A stretch of 64,000 nucleotides of DNA, taken from the NCBI GenBank assembly GCA_965237675.1, contig OZ250150.1, positions 3,936,001 through 4,000,000 of the forward strand, in the 5' to 3' direction. Below, one piece after another: positions 40,359-50,139 of the stretch (position 1 is the stretch's first letter; each line of letters starts with the position of its first letter). Below the pieces are notes generated by a model. It did not search any database. It was not told the origin of the DNA and worked only from the letters and a program-made list of their open reading frames with translations. The DNA is from Candidatus Latescibacterota bacterium. Lineage in GTDB: Bacteria; Latescibacterota; UBA2968; GCA-2709665. Made by a program: the position numbers and the translations under genes.

Positions 40359-41881
40359 CTCTCCTCACGTTCCGATGGGCCGCCGACCAGGTCGTTATCC
40401 GATGCCGCAGTCTCGACCGTTTCGCTTTCTTCTGACAGTTCCATTTCCTCGTCGGCCACCGATTCATCGCCCACTTCGGCGGTGGCGGCGGCTTCAGCGG
40501 CAACGGCGGCTTCAGCGGCAGCGGCGGCTTCAGCGGCAGCGGCGGCTTCAGCGGCAGCGGCTTCTTCAGCGGCGATTCGCGCCGCTTCCTCCGCCCTCTG
40601 CCTTTCCAGTTCCTCGCGGTAGGCCTGGACCTTGACGGATACGACCTTCTCCGCGGCGTTCTGGATCTTTTCGCCGGTGGATTCCCCGATCCCGGGGACG
40701 TCGAGCAACCGGACGAGCGAGACATCCACAAGATCGTTGGCGGACAAGATCCCTGCGGCCTCGAGACGTTCAAGCATGACTTTCCCCACCCCGGCGACTT
40801 CCGCAAGCGGAACAAACGTCGCCGCTTTCTCTGCCTGAAGCTCCTGGAACCGGGTCTCGGTGATAATGTCGACCTTCCATCCGGTCAGTTGCGCCGCGAG
40901 GCGGGCGTTCTGCCCGGATTTGCCAATGGCGAGCGACAACTGGTCGTCTTCTACGATTGCCGTCATCGTTGTCTTGTTTCGATCGACCACCACCCGTTTA
41001 ACCGTGGCCGGACTGAGCGCGCGGGACAGGAAGATGGCTTCGTCGTCGCTCCAGGGTACGATGTCGATCCGCTCGTTACTCAACTCCCTGACGACCGCCT
41101 GGACCCGCGAACCCTTCATCCCCACGCAGGCACCAACCGGATCGATGCGGGCGTCGTTCGAATAGACCGCGATCTTCGCCCTTTCTCCCGGTTCTCGAGC
41201 GACCGCCTTGATTTCGATGATGCCCTCGTAGATTTCAGGGACTTCGAACTGGAAAAGCTTGACCAGAAACTGCGGGTGGGTCCGGGAGAGGACCACCTGA
41301 GGCCCTTTGGATGTGCGGAGCACGTTTACCAGATAGGCGCGGATGGGATCTCCCTGGCGGTAGCGCTCCTTTCGAATCTGCTCCTTGAGGGGGATAACCG
41401 CCTCCGTGCGACCCAGGTTGATCAGAATATCGCCGTGGCTGATCTGTTGGACGGTGCCGCTGATAATTTCGCTGATTCGATTCTGGTAATCCTCGAAGAT
41501 TTTCTCGCGTTCGGCCTCCCGAACCCGTTGGATCAGGATCTGCTTGGTGGACTGAATGGCATTCCGTCCGAAATCGGCAAACCGGAGCAACTCCTTGAGT
41601 TCCCCATTGACTTTGATGCCGGGTTCGATCTCGCGGGCGGCCGTAAGCCCGATCTGCAAGGCCGGATCCTCGACGTCGTCGTCTTTGACGACGGATTTAA
41701 TCGCAAAGACCTGGATATCGCCGGAATTGACGTCGATGTTCACCTCGACGTTGTCCGATGTGCCGAACCGCCTTTTGGTTGCGGAGAGCAATCCGATTTC
41801 CAGGGTTTCAATCACCAGCGCCTTGTCAACGTTTTTTTCCTGAGCAATCTGACCCAGCGCCTCCAGGATTTCGTAGTTCAA
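40355..41881 (-). CDS. nusA: Transcription termination factor NusA
   Basis: FGRNAIQ, S1, AREPGER, DPVGACVG, AIGKSGQN, HhH domain, Ala/Glu-rich tail. Confidence 0.96.
   Translation of the reverse strand: MNYEILEALGQIAQEKNVDKALVIETLEIGLLSATKRRFGTSDNVEVNIDVNSGDIQVFAIKSVVKDDDVEDPALQIGLTAAREIEPGIKVNGELKELLRFADFGRNAIQSTKQILIQRVREAEREKIFEDYQNRISEIISGTVQQISHGDILINLGRTEAVIPLKEQIRKERYRQGDPIRAYLVNVLRTSKGPQVVLSRTHPQFLVKLFQFEVPEIYEGIIEIKAVAREPGERAKIAVYSNDARIDPVGACVGMKGSRVQAVVRELSNERIDIVPWSDDEAIFLSRALSPATVKRVVVDRNKTTMTAIVEDDQLSLAIGKSGQNARLAAQLTGWKVDIITETRFQELQAEKAATFVPLAEVAGVGKVMLERLEAAGILSANDLVDVSLVRLLDVPGIGESTGEKIQNAAEKVVSVKVQAYREELERQRAEEAARIAAEEAAAAEAAAAAEAAAAAEAAVAAEAAATAEVGDESVADEEMELSEESETVETAASDNDLVGGPSEREER
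40487..40574. repeat. 18-bp coding tandem repeat (AAAAAE) in the nusA tail
   Basis: About 4 copies of GGCGGCTTCAGCGGCAGC. Confidence 0.8.
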
Positions 41882-41893
41882 AAGGGCATCTCC

Positions 41894-42343
41894 TCAAAAT
41901 TCGAAATGGAGGTTGGCTTTTGTAATTTCGGCAGCCGAAACATTTCTTGGCTCACCGTTGACCGTTAGTACCAGCTCCGGCCCGCTGTATCGCGTCAGTC
42001 GGCCAATCAGTTCCCGCCCGCCTTCAAGTATTACTCTGACGGTCCGACCAACGGCCAGTTCGTAATCGCGGTCGGACTTAAGGGACCTGTCAAGCCCGGG
42101 CGAGGAGACTTCCAGGACGTAGCGCCCGTTGATGGGATCGTGGGTATCCAGGACATCCGCGATCCCCCGGCTGAGGCGTGCGCATTCATCCACCGTGATG
42201 CCGTTGCTGCAATCCAGGTCGATGCGCAACGTCCTGTTCGGGGGACTGCCTTTGAGTTGCAGATCGACCAAGTCCGCGCCCTGGTGCTCCAGATAGGGTG
42301 CGATGAGCTTTTCAATGGATTCCTGCAGCTCCGGATCGTTCAT
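41894..42343 (-). CDS. rimP: Ribosome maturation factor RimP
   Basis: GITVDEC, YVLEVSSPGLDR; upstream of nusA. Confidence 0.93.
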   Translation of the reverse strand: MNDPELQESIEKLIAPYLEHQGADLVDLQLKGSPPNRTLRIDLDCSNGITVDECARLSRGIADVLDTHDPINGRYVLEVSSPGLDRSLKSDRDYELAVGRTVRVILEGGRELIGRLTRYSGPELVLTVNGEPRNVSAAEITKANLHFEF

Positions 42344-42376
42344 AAGCCGGGAACACGAATGGAGGTCCAGATATTC

Positions 42377-42402
42377 AAAAGAGCGGGCACCCGCCCACTC
42401 TC
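42377..42402 (-). promoter_or_regulatory. rimP-leader terminator-like hairpin
   Basis: GAGAGTGGGC-GGGT-GCCCGCTCTTTT between the promoter and the rimP start. Confidence 0.6.
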
Positions 42403-42418
42403 GCTGTTCAGAAGCCTA

Positions 42419-42447
42419 AATATATGGTATTTCAGGCCATAGCGCAA
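42419..42447 (-). promoter_or_regulatory. Putative sigma70 promoter of the rimP-nusA-infB operon
   Basis: TTGCGC-17 bp-TATATT. Confidence 0.55.
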
Positions 42448-42473
42448 GCATAAATTTCCACTCCGAGACCCGC

Positions 42474-42836
42474 TTACCCGCCTCCGGCGACCAGCCTTTT
42501 GAGTTCCCTGAGCATCTCCCGCATCTCCGCGACAACCGCGTCCAGTCCAGGCGGGTGATTCGACGCGGCCGTTTCCTTTTCGATGGACAGGTCTCGCCAC
42601 AGGGAGGGTTCTTCCTTAAGCCGGTCGCGGGCACCCTGAAGCGTGTACTTTTCATCCTGTCTCAGCCGTTTGATGGCCAGTACAATTCTGAGGTCTCGCT
42701 CCCTGTAAAGCCGGTTGCCGGACCGGCCTCGCCTGGGCCGGAGCATGGAAAATTCTTTTTCCCAATAGCGCAGTACCTGTGGTTCTGTATCGGTTTTTTC
42801 AGCCACTTCACGGATGGAAAAGTAGATCTTATTCAT
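42474..42836 (-). CDS. MerR-family transcriptional regulator
   Basis: YFSIREVA...LRYWEKEF...GNRLY. Confidence 0.88.
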   Translation of the reverse strand: MNKIYFSIREVAEKTDTEPQVLRYWEKEFSMLRPRRGRSGNRLYRERDLRIVLAIKRLRQDEKYTLQGARDRLKEEPSLWRDLSIEKETAASNHPPGLDAVVAEMREMLRELKRLVAGGG

Positions 42837-42842
42837 TCGATC

Positions 42843-44195
42843 TCATCGCTTTTTCTTGAATACGATGCGTACCGGGGTCCCTTTCAAATCGAAGCGCTCC
42901 CGTAGGCGGCGTTCAAGAAAACGCCGATAGTGTTCCGGCACGTCGCGCGGTCTGGTGGTGAAAAAAATTATCGTGGGAGGCTCGACCACAGGTTGGACGC
43001 AATAGTACATCTTCGACGCCCGTCCCCGCCTGGTGGGAGGCGGGCTGGTCGCGTTGACGTCCTCCAGAAGCCGGTTCAACGGCGAGGTTGCGATGCGCAG
43101 GCGGCGTTTTTCGTAGATCTCCAGCGCCACTTCCACCGCCTTCCATGCACGTTGCCCGGATAGCGCCGATACGAAAAAGATCGGAAAATCGTTCAGCGAG
43201 GGAAACCGACCGATAATATCACGGGAATAGGCAATCGCCGTTTTGTCGTCTTTCTCGACCAGATCCCATTTGTTCATCGCCAGAAGCGCGCCCTTGCCCA
43301 ATTCGGCCGCGTCGCCGAGTATCTTGACATCCTGAAGCGTGATGCCTTCATCGGCGTCGGCAATGACGATGGCGACGTCACACCGCTCCAGACTCCTCCT
43401 GGTGCGGACGGTGCTGTAATATTCGACCTGCTCTGTCACCCTTGTGCGCCTGCGAAGTCCTGCGGTATCGACCAACAGGAAACCCCGGCCATTTCGCTTC
43501 ATCGGCAGGTCGATCGCATCGCGCGTCGTACCGGGAATCGGGCTGACCACCACGCGGTCCTCACCCGCAAGACGGTTGACGAACGTGGACTTTCCCACAT
43601 TCGGCCTGCCCACCACCGCAATACGCGGCACACCGTCATCTTCCTCCGGATCCGGGTCGGTTTCGGGAATGAGGGCGACCACCTCGTCCAGAAGATCTCC
43701 GGACATCCTGCCGCTCAGCGCCGAGACGGGAATGGGATCTCCCAGGGCCAGGGCGTAGAATCCGGCCACGTCCGGCTCGTCGCGCTCCGAATCCACTTTA
43801 TTGACAACCGGAAGGCACGGTGTCCCGTTCAGGCGTACCAGACGGGCAATGGCCGCATCATCGTCGGTCGGACCGGTTTTGGCATCCATAACCAGCAGAA
43901 TCACATCCGCTTCGGCCACGGCCACCTCCACCTGTTCCCCGACGGATTGCGTTATGCCCGCCGCCGGGTTTTGCATATAGCCGCCCGTGTCCACCAGCGT
44001 GAAAACCCGCCGGTTCCAGGCAACCTCCGCATAGTTCCGATCTCTGGTCGCGCCGGGCAGATCGTCGACAACGGCCCGGCGATGTCCCAGAAAACGATTG
44101 AAGAGTGTGGACTTCCCGACGTTGGGCCGCCCGACTATAGCAACGACTCGTCGCCTCGGCAAAAGTTGCGCTCCAATGTTTGCCGCGTCAGGCAA
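42843..44195 (-). CDS. der: Ribosome biogenesis GTPase Der (EngA)
   Basis: Two GRPNVGKST G domains, DTGG/DTAG, NKVD/NKWD, KH-like C-terminus. Confidence 0.96.
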   Translation of the reverse strand: MPDAANIGAQLLPRRRVVAIVGRPNVGKSTLFNRFLGHRRAVVDDLPGATRDRNYAEVAWNRRVFTLVDTGGYMQNPAAGITQSVGEQVEVAVAEADVILLVMDAKTGPTDDDAAIARLVRLNGTPCLPVVNKVDSERDEPDVAGFYALALGDPIPVSALSGRMSGDLLDEVVALIPETDPDPEEDDGVPRIAVVGRPNVGKSTFVNRLAGEDRVVVSPIPGTTRDAIDLPMKRNGRGFLLVDTAGLRRRTRVTEQVEYYSTVRTRRSLERCDVAIVIADADEGITLQDVKILGDAAELGKGALLAMNKWDLVEKDDKTAIAYSRDIIGRFPSLNDFPIFFVSALSGQRAWKAVEVALEIYEKRRLRIATSPLNRLLEDVNATSPPPTRRGRASKMYYCVQPVVEPPTIIFFTTRPRDVPEHYRRFLERRLRERFDLKGTPVRIVFKKKR

Positions 44196-45603
44196 CCTGA
44201 TGCGGCAGAATATACGGATGCTGCGTGCTCATCTGATCGTCTTCCGCGCCCGCGCGGGTATCGCCAACGGCGGCCCGTGCCGCCGTATCCGCAAGATCGT
44301 AGGTGCCGATACAGACCTGGCGATTCAAGGCTTTTTCCAGATCCATGGGGGTCATGTCGTCCAGAAACAGGCCGTGATGGCTCACGCAGTTGGGTGGCAG
44401 GATCACGAAATCGGTTTCCCGCCACTGCGCTTTCAGCACGTCCAGCATATCCTGTCCGGTCAGCAGTCCCGAAACCGTGATACCCTCACCCAGAAAACGG
44501 TTTTTTACCTCCACGACATGCGCTGTCAACCAGGGGATGCGGTTCAGACGCTCCGCCATTGGCCGGATGAATTCCGCGCCGAGCACGCTTGTGACCAGCG
44601 TCATCGAGACCGGTCGGCATTTCAGCGATGCCAGCGCGGGTACCCCCGCTTCGAAGCAATCCGTGAACCGGCGCACCATTCCCACACCGTTCTCCACAAG
44701 CGGAAAGCCGTCGTAGTGAGCGGCCTCGGGGATTCTCCGGCCGGCCATCAGATAGAATTCGTCACCAAAATACACGAAGTTGACGCCGAACTTCCTGTGA
44801 AGACGACGCTGCCACGCCGCAGCCTGGTCCAGGCACTCGACGGCAACCTCCGGCGTTACCGGGTCCAGGCGGGGCAGATTCCGGCGGAATCGGGTCAACC
44901 CCAGTGGAACAATGCCCACGGATTCTACGGATGGGTACCATCGGGCCAGATCGAACACCGTGCGCTTGAGGTGCCCTCCGTCGTTAAGACCCGGGCACAG
45001 AACGACTTGTGCATGCATTTGAATGTTGTGGCTGGCCAGAAAACCGATGCGATCCATAACGTCCACCGGCTCTTTCCGCCCCAACAACGCACCCCGTAGT
45101 TCCGGATCGGTTGCATGCACCGATATGTACATGGGGCTCAGGCGCTGTTCGACGATCCTCTGAAACTCCGCTTCGGACAGATTGGTGAGTGTGACGTACG
45201 CACCATGGAGAAAGGATAGTCTGTAATCGTCGTCCTGGTAGTAGAGGGTCTTTCGCATCTTCCTGGGCATCTGGTGGAGAAAACAGAAAACACACTTGTT
45301 GTTGCACTTGATGATGGGCATGTCCGCCAATGTCACGCCAAGGTCGTCGTCCGTTTCTTTTTCGACGTCCACCACAATGACGTCGTCTCCCCGCCGCAGA
45401 ATGACCTTCACCGTCTCTTCGGCGATATGGAAACGATAGTCGATCGGATCGCGTACCGGTTCCCCATTGATGGATTCTATGACATCTCCCGGCTGGATTC
45501 CAACGGCTTGTCCGGTACCTCCGGCGGCCACGTCCTCCACACCAAGCCCCACGACCGCCTCGTCGACCTGAAGCGACCCCTCTACCTGACCTGATTTCTT
45601 CAT
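44188..45603 (-). CDS. PDZ + DUF512 radical-SAM-like Fe-S protein
   Basis: N-terminal PDZ (GIQPGDVIESING), CNNKCVFC, DDDYRLSF, ENGVG. Confidence 0.88.
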   Translation of the reverse strand: MKKSGQVEGSLQVDEAVVGLGVEDVAAGGTGQAVGIQPGDVIESINGEPVRDPIDYRFHIAEETVKVILRRGDDVIVVDVEKETDDDLGVTLADMPIIKCNNKCVFCFLHQMPRKMRKTLYYQDDDYRLSFLHGAYVTLTNLSEAEFQRIVEQRLSPMYISVHATDPELRGALLGRKEPVDVMDRIGFLASHNIQMHAQVVLCPGLNDGGHLKRTVFDLARWYPSVESVGIVPLGLTRFRRNLPRLDPVTPEVAVECLDQAAAWQRRLHRKFGVNFVYFGDEFYLMAGRRIPEAAHYDGFPLVENGVGMVRRFTDCFEAGVPALASLKCRPVSMTLVTSVLGAEFIRPMAERLNRIPWLTAHVVEVKNRFLGEGITVSGLLTGQDMLDVLKAQWRETDFVILPPNCVSHHGLFLDDMTPMDLEKALNRQVCIGTYDLADTAARAAVGDTRAGAEDDQMSTQHPYILPHQVA

Positions 45604-45793
45604 ATGGATTTATATGTACCTGTTAGAGAATAAAGTGCAGAAAAACCTTATACCATCACTTTGAAGTTAAAACAAATTGAGAAAAGGTCAAGAAAAATGT
45701 GGCAATCCATTCGCTTTTCACAATGAATCCGGCAAACTGCCCCGGGCATTTGTCCACAGGCCGGGCGCAACGGACCGCCTGCACGGATGGGCC

Positions 45794-46342
45794 TCACCCT
45801 CGACCCCGCGGAGGATTCAAAAGCCGGGGTCGTGTGCTGGCAACCTCGTCCAGAATCAGCGGGTTCAGGTCGATGACGCGATGCAGGGTTTCGGCGTGGA
45901 CAAGCTGCGAGGCCGTCAGGCCCTCCGCTCCGGTAAATGTGGTACTGCACAGGTTCGTGTTGTGAAAAACGGCATCTTCCAGGTCCGCTTCCTTAAGAGA
46001 GCCTTCACTGAGATCGCAATCGGTGAAATCGACGCCGGCAAGTACCGCCCCGTAGAGATTCACACAGTTCAAATTGGCTTGCCGGAAGGTGGCATTTCGA
46101 AGAAATGCATCACTCAAATCCGTGTGATCCAGTACGGTGCGGTCGAAATTCGCGCCGATCAGTGTGGCCGAACTGAGATTGTCGTAACTCAGGTCCATTC
46201 CGCTGAAGTCGACGCCGCTGAGGTCTTCGTAGCTGAAATCGGCGCCTGACAGATCGGGCGTGTGTGCGCGATTCTCGGCCCGCCAGCGATTCCATGTCTG
46301 AACACTTTTCCTGATGATGCTCAAATGGGTTGGATTGGCCAT
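45794..46342 (-). CDS. Pentapeptide repeat protein
   Basis: MANPTHL...WNRWR followed by (A/D)LSGA-type repeats. Confidence 0.9.
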   Translation of the reverse strand: MANPTHLSIIRKSVQTWNRWRAENRAHTPDLSGADFSYEDLSGVDFSGMDLSYDNLSSATLIGANFDRTVLDHTDLSDAFLRNATFRQANLNCVNLYGAVLAGVDFTDCDLSEGSLKEADLEDAVFHNTNLCSTTFTGAEGLTASQLVHAETLHRVIDLNPLILDEVASTRPRLLNPPRGRG

Positions 46343-46385
46343 TCTGTCGACTGCCAGGGGTAACGAAATCGATTTTTCGGAACGT

Positions 46386-47285
46386 TTACGATGTGAGCGT
46401 GTTTACGAAATAGCCCAGAAAGCGCTCCGAGTCCACGTCCACGCACACGTCCGCGTTGGCCTCGCATTTATCGGAACGGATCGGAACCGTTGCGCCGTTG
46501 AGACGGTCGGAACGTGTTTCGACGTGGATGGCGCTGGGCCGGGTATCGCAGAACGAAGGGTCGAAAACCATCGCGACGGCTAAGGGATCATGGAGAAGCG
46601 GATGCGTCCTTCCAGAGTCCTTGCTCCACAGTTGAATGAGATCGAAGCACAGGCGGTTGAGGGGTCGGTCCACGGATCCGATCGTCTGTACCTGCGCAGT
46701 GTCCAGACGGCATTTTTCGGTTACGTCGAGGCCCACCATGGTGATCGGGGCGCCGGCGCCGAAAACCACGTGCGCCGCTTCGGGATCGCAAAAGAAGTTC
46801 CACTCCGCCTTCAATTGACCCACACATCCGCCCATCAGGATGATTCTGGTCTTCTGTGCCAGGCGAGGTTCCAGCGTGAAAGCGGCGGCGATATTCGTCA
46901 GCGGCCCGATCGGTACAAGCGTAACGTCGCCGTTGCCGTTCATGACGGTATCGATGATGAATTCGACGGCGCGGCCGGCGGCGGGCTTGCTGGTTCCCGG
47001 GTATCGCCGGATCGCCTCCATCTGCCGCGGTCGATGCGATTCAATGGCGGCCTGGCCCTTGGATAGTGGATCGAACAACGGCTTCCCGAGGCCCGCGAAC
47101 ACCGGAACGTCACCTTGGCCTAGCGCGTCCAGGATGCAACACGCCAGTTCGGCTCGACGCCAGGTATTGCGGAATACGGTCGTTACGCCGACAATCTTAA
47201 TCTCCCCGCAAAGCAGCGCAAAGGACAGCGCGAGCGCGTCGTCCACGTCGTCTCCAATATCCGTATCGAGGATGATCTTCTTCAT
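46386..47285 (-). CDS. Inosine/uridine-preferring nucleoside hydrolase
   Basis: ILDTDIGDDVDD, IGPLTNIA, AEWNF, LHDP. Confidence 0.92.
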   Translation of the reverse strand: MKKIILDTDIGDDVDDALALSFALLCGEIKIVGVTTVFRNTWRRAELACCILDALGQGDVPVFAGLGKPLFDPLSKGQAAIESHRPRQMEAIRRYPGTSKPAAGRAVEFIIDTVMNGNGDVTLVPIGPLTNIAAAFTLEPRLAQKTRIILMGGCVGQLKAEWNFFCDPEAAHVVFGAGAPITMVGLDVTEKCRLDTAQVQTIGSVDRPLNRLCFDLIQLWSKDSGRTHPLLHDPLAVAMVFDPSFCDTRPSAIHVETRSDRLNGATVPIRSDKCEANADVCVDVDSERFLGYFVNTLTS

Positions 47286-47323
47286 TTGATTCCTTTCGCA
47301 CAACCCTGGCCGCGGATGTAATT

Positions 47324-47350
47324 GCAGGGGCGACCCTTGTAGTCGCCCTG
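47324..47350 (+). repeat. REP-like palindrome
   Basis: GCAG-GGGCGAC-CCTTGTA-GTCGCCC-TG. Confidence 0.5.
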
Positions 47351-47364
47351 GTGCCGGCAGACAA

Positions 47365-47994
47365 TCAACCCCCAATCAGTGCCACTGGATTGTCTGCGTC
47401 CACCGGCCGTGCGCCGATTTCAAACAGGTGAGCGTTGTCATCGGAGTCCAACGCGAAAACGGTTTTTCCAGCCCCGGTTGCCTCCCGGCAGAGCGCCTCG
47501 GTCTTCCGTCCTATTTCCGCATGGGCGATCAAGATGATGTCCGAGAGCGCGGCGACACGTGCATTTCGTTCGGCTGCGGTAGCTGCAGTGGGACGGCGGA
47601 CATGATCGTCGAAAAAGGACAGAAACATGAGACGGCCATCATCGAGCAGCGGGTTCCATACCTTCAGAATCCGCATCCTGCCGAGCCCGCGCGCCGGACA
47701 GACGACTACCCGCGCCGAGCCACGCACCAACAGCCACAGGAACTCACACTCCATTGGAGATTGAAACCCGCCCACAAACGTCACGTCAACATCCCGCAGC
47801 GCCCTCGCAAGATCGAACGTCTTCAAAATCACGTCGCCGGGACAACGAACCGAACAGAAGAAACCGATCAGCCGTCCATCAAGTATTCCCGGATCCCCCA
47901 AAAGCGCAACCGGCGCCTCTCTCCCGGTGCCGACGCATCGCCTCAACACCGCCGGCATTTCCGGCGCGTACGTATCAAAACGCTTGATGTTCAA
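47365..47994 (-). CDS. Short DprA/SLOG-family protein
   Basis: FFCSVRCPG, VGGFQSPME, AAERNARVAALSD; lacks SAM and winged-helix domains. Confidence 0.75.
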   Translation of the reverse strand: MNIKRFDTYAPEMPAVLRRCVGTGREAPVALLGDPGILDGRLIGFFCSVRCPGDVILKTFDLARALRDVDVTFVGGFQSPMECEFLWLLVRGSARVVVCPARGLGRMRILKVWNPLLDDGRLMFLSFFDDHVRRPTAATAAERNARVAALSDIILIAHAEIGRKTEALCREATGAGKTVFALDSDDNAHLFEIGARPVDADNPVALIGG

Positions 47995-48061
47995 TTGATC
48001 AGATCCGGGCTAATTCTGCGGTTCATCATCAAGTGACAGATCACCGTAAAAAGCCTACATC

Positions 48062-48301
48062 TCACGCGAACTCATAGAGCGGCACTGTCGTTACCGGCTG
48101 GCGGTCTTCCTCCAGCAGGCGTTCAATCCTTCGAACCGTCTCGAGATTCAGCAGCACATCGCCGCAGAAAGAACAAACCTCAGCCGGAACATGGTCGACG
48201 ACGATCACCTGGTCATCACGACGTACGGTGTGCGTAACGTCTTTCGCTTCGTATTGTCCGGGACATCCGTCGATGCTACATTTCATGTCGATTGTCTCCA
48301 T
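48062..48301 (-). CDS. YgiT-type zinc-finger protein (MqsA-like antitoxin)
   Basis: MKCSIDGC...VPAEVCSFCG. Confidence 0.85.
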   Translation of the reverse strand: METIDMKCSIDGCPGQYEAKDVTHTVRRDDQVIVVDHVPAEVCSFCGDVLLNLETVRRIERLLEEDRQPVTTVPLYEFA

Positions 48302-48595
48302 TCATACGTAACGCGCGTCCTTTTCGATACGTTGAACAAACGGAGTGCGGAGACTCTTACTCAGCCGCCGGATATCCACCCTGCACCCGAGGGCTTGCTC
48401 CAGATAGATGTGAAGCCCGGCCAGATCGTCGAACTTTGGTTCCCTGAGTTCTACAACGAGGTCGACGTCGCTGTCTGCCCGCTGTGTTCCCGAAGCGTAT
48501 GACCCGTACAGGCCGATCCGGCGAACGCCAAATCGACGATCCAGTTCAGCTTTATTTTGGGCAAGAAACCTGAGAATGTCCTGTGCTGATCTCAT
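48302..48595 (-). CDS. MNT nucleotidyltransferase antitoxin
   Basis: LYGSYASG, SDVDLVV. Confidence 0.88.
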   Translation of the reverse strand: MRSAQDILRFLAQNKAELDRRFGVRRIGLYGSYASGTQRADSDVDLVVELREPKFDDLAGLHIYLEQALGCRVDIRRLSKSLRTPFVQRIEKDARYV

Positions 48596-48729
48596 AATTG
48601 CTTCTTTAATTCGCGCTGGGCAGGGTCTGTTCTGCTGCTCCATGGTCGTGTCGAGCCAGACGGTACATCCGCAAATTCGCACAGAACATCGCGTGCCGAT
48701 TCAAGCCACGCTTTCGCTTGATTTCTCAA
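48592..48729 (-). pseudogene. Truncated HEPN toxin remnant
   Basis: RNQAKAWLESARD resembles a HEPN N-terminal helix and overlaps the MNT stop; only about 45 codons remain. Confidence 0.5.
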
Positions 48730-49063
48730 ACAGCGTCTTTCCTGAGCTTTCAATCCTACTGAGAAACGAAGCGCCCTGTTTTCGAAGAAGCTCGTACTCG
48801 GACCTGGTGTAGACAACAAGGTCGACGGGAATATGCCTGTTGATCGCTCGGATACTCTTCCTGACTGCAGTTCTTAATGCCATCCTTTCGTCGTAGGTAC
48901 CCGAGACCGCCTCCGAGTCCAGAATGACCAGCAAATCGAAATCGCTCTCCGATTCTCGCTTACCCGCGGCAGCAGATCCAAATAGTACAACCCTGTACGG
49001 ATCAACAGTCAGAAGACACGAGACGATATCGTCAAGGTCGCTGGTGGTCGTCTTCTCCGTCAT
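48701..49063 (-). CDS. MNT nucleotidyltransferase antitoxin
   Basis: VLFGSAAAG, SDFDLLV, PVDLVVYT. Confidence 0.88.
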   Translation of the reverse strand: MTEKTTTSDLDDIVSCLLTVDPYRVVLFGSAAAGKRESESDFDLLVILDSEAVSGTYDERMALRTAVRKSIRAINRHIPVDLVVYTRSEYELLRKQGASFLSRIESSGKTLFEKSSESVA

Positions 49064-49124
49064 CTTCCCCTCTCATAATCGACTCCAATTTGCTCCCCGC
49101 TGCGGAAGGTCACGTCTCTCAATC

Positions 49125-49189
49125 ACTCCCCCCTTGAGGGGGAGTCGGCAAGCCGAGGGCGCCAGCCCGAAGGCGCGCCGGTGGGGGGT
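49125..49189. repeat. GC-rich palindromic intergenic repeat
   Basis: ACTCCCCC-CTTGA-GGGGGAGT followed by further hairpins and GGTGGGGGG. Confidence 0.45.
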
Positions 49190-49244
49190 TCTTATCGTCC
49201 TCCCCAACCGCAAGAATTCAGCTATGCCACGGCGGGACGCAATA

Positions 49245-49421
49245 CTACTCGGGGACAGACAGCGCATCTTCCTGGAGCGAGATGATATATCCTTGGATCG
49301 CCTCCTTGATATTGGCAATCGCTTCCTGCCTCGTGACCCCCTGGCTGACACAGCCGACCAGGCTGGGGCATTCAGCCACCCAGTAATCGTCTTCTCCGGG
49401 ATAAAGTAATACCTGTCTCAT
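49245..49421 (-). CDS. HicB-family antitoxin
   Basis: EDDYWVAECPSLVGCVSQGVTRQEAIANIKEAI. Confidence 0.85.
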   Translation of the reverse strand: MRQVLLYPGEDDYWVAECPSLVGCVSQGVTRQEAIANIKEAIQGYIISLQEDALSVPE

Positions 49422-49583
49422 TACGGTCCCTTTCGGCAATAACGTCTGCAATCACAGTCGATTGCTTGCTGGCAGTGAAATGCGACCCACTGCGTTAATT
49501 CATCCCGTTGATTGCCGTGACGCCAACTGTTCGCGGAATGTGCGGACTTCCTCAATGATACATCGTGGTTCATCGCCTTATTC

Positions 49584-50062
49584 TTACAGCAACTCTCCCG
49601 GAGTGCAGATGATAGGTGGCTCGTATCCCATTGAACGACACGCTCGCTCAATTTGGTTTCGCATCGTCGCGTTGTCCAGATACTCAAAATTCCAGGTCAG
49701 CAAGTAATCTATCTCACCGCTGATGGCTACCGCGATATGTAGAGCATCGAGTGCCGCCCTACATGGTAGCGGGCCTTCATCAATTAAAATCACGTAAAAT
49801 CACGCCAAATTCAGCCGCCGTTTCGGTCTGCTCGATTGTCTGGCAAATCGGCTATCGGTCCAAGACGCGGTGTAGCCAGCTCAGAATCGCCTGCTACAGC
49901 GTCTGATACAACGAACTCGGAAATATACAATTCGTAGTCGAGCCGTTTTTCGCTCCACCACTGCCGGGTTAACGCCTGGCGAGCAGCGGTGATGATATCA
50001 CGGCTTGGATCAGCAGCGAGATAGCTAATGACTGAGTTTTCGATGTAGAGCTTCGGCTTCAT
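49584..50062 (-). pseudogene. PIN/VapC-family toxin, frameshifted
   Basis: KPKLYIENSVISYL...TRQWW and DALHIAVA...DYLLTWN...IICTP are in separate ORFs. Confidence 0.8.
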
Positions 50063-50139
50063 ACGCAATGTCGACGCTTAATGCCAGTACGCGGTCTATT
50101 TCATCAATGATCGGCCTAAGGATGCTCACGTTGCACCGA

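Noticed and set aside
42344-42473. tRNA downstream of the MerR gene
   Set aside because: No cloverleaf or T-loop; explained by the rimP promoter and leader hairpin.
29374-45099. Long + strand ORFs (29374-30747, 38967-40622, 40889-41968, 44098-45099)
   Set aside because: Antisense shadows of leuS, infB, nusA and DUF512, expected in high-GC DNA.
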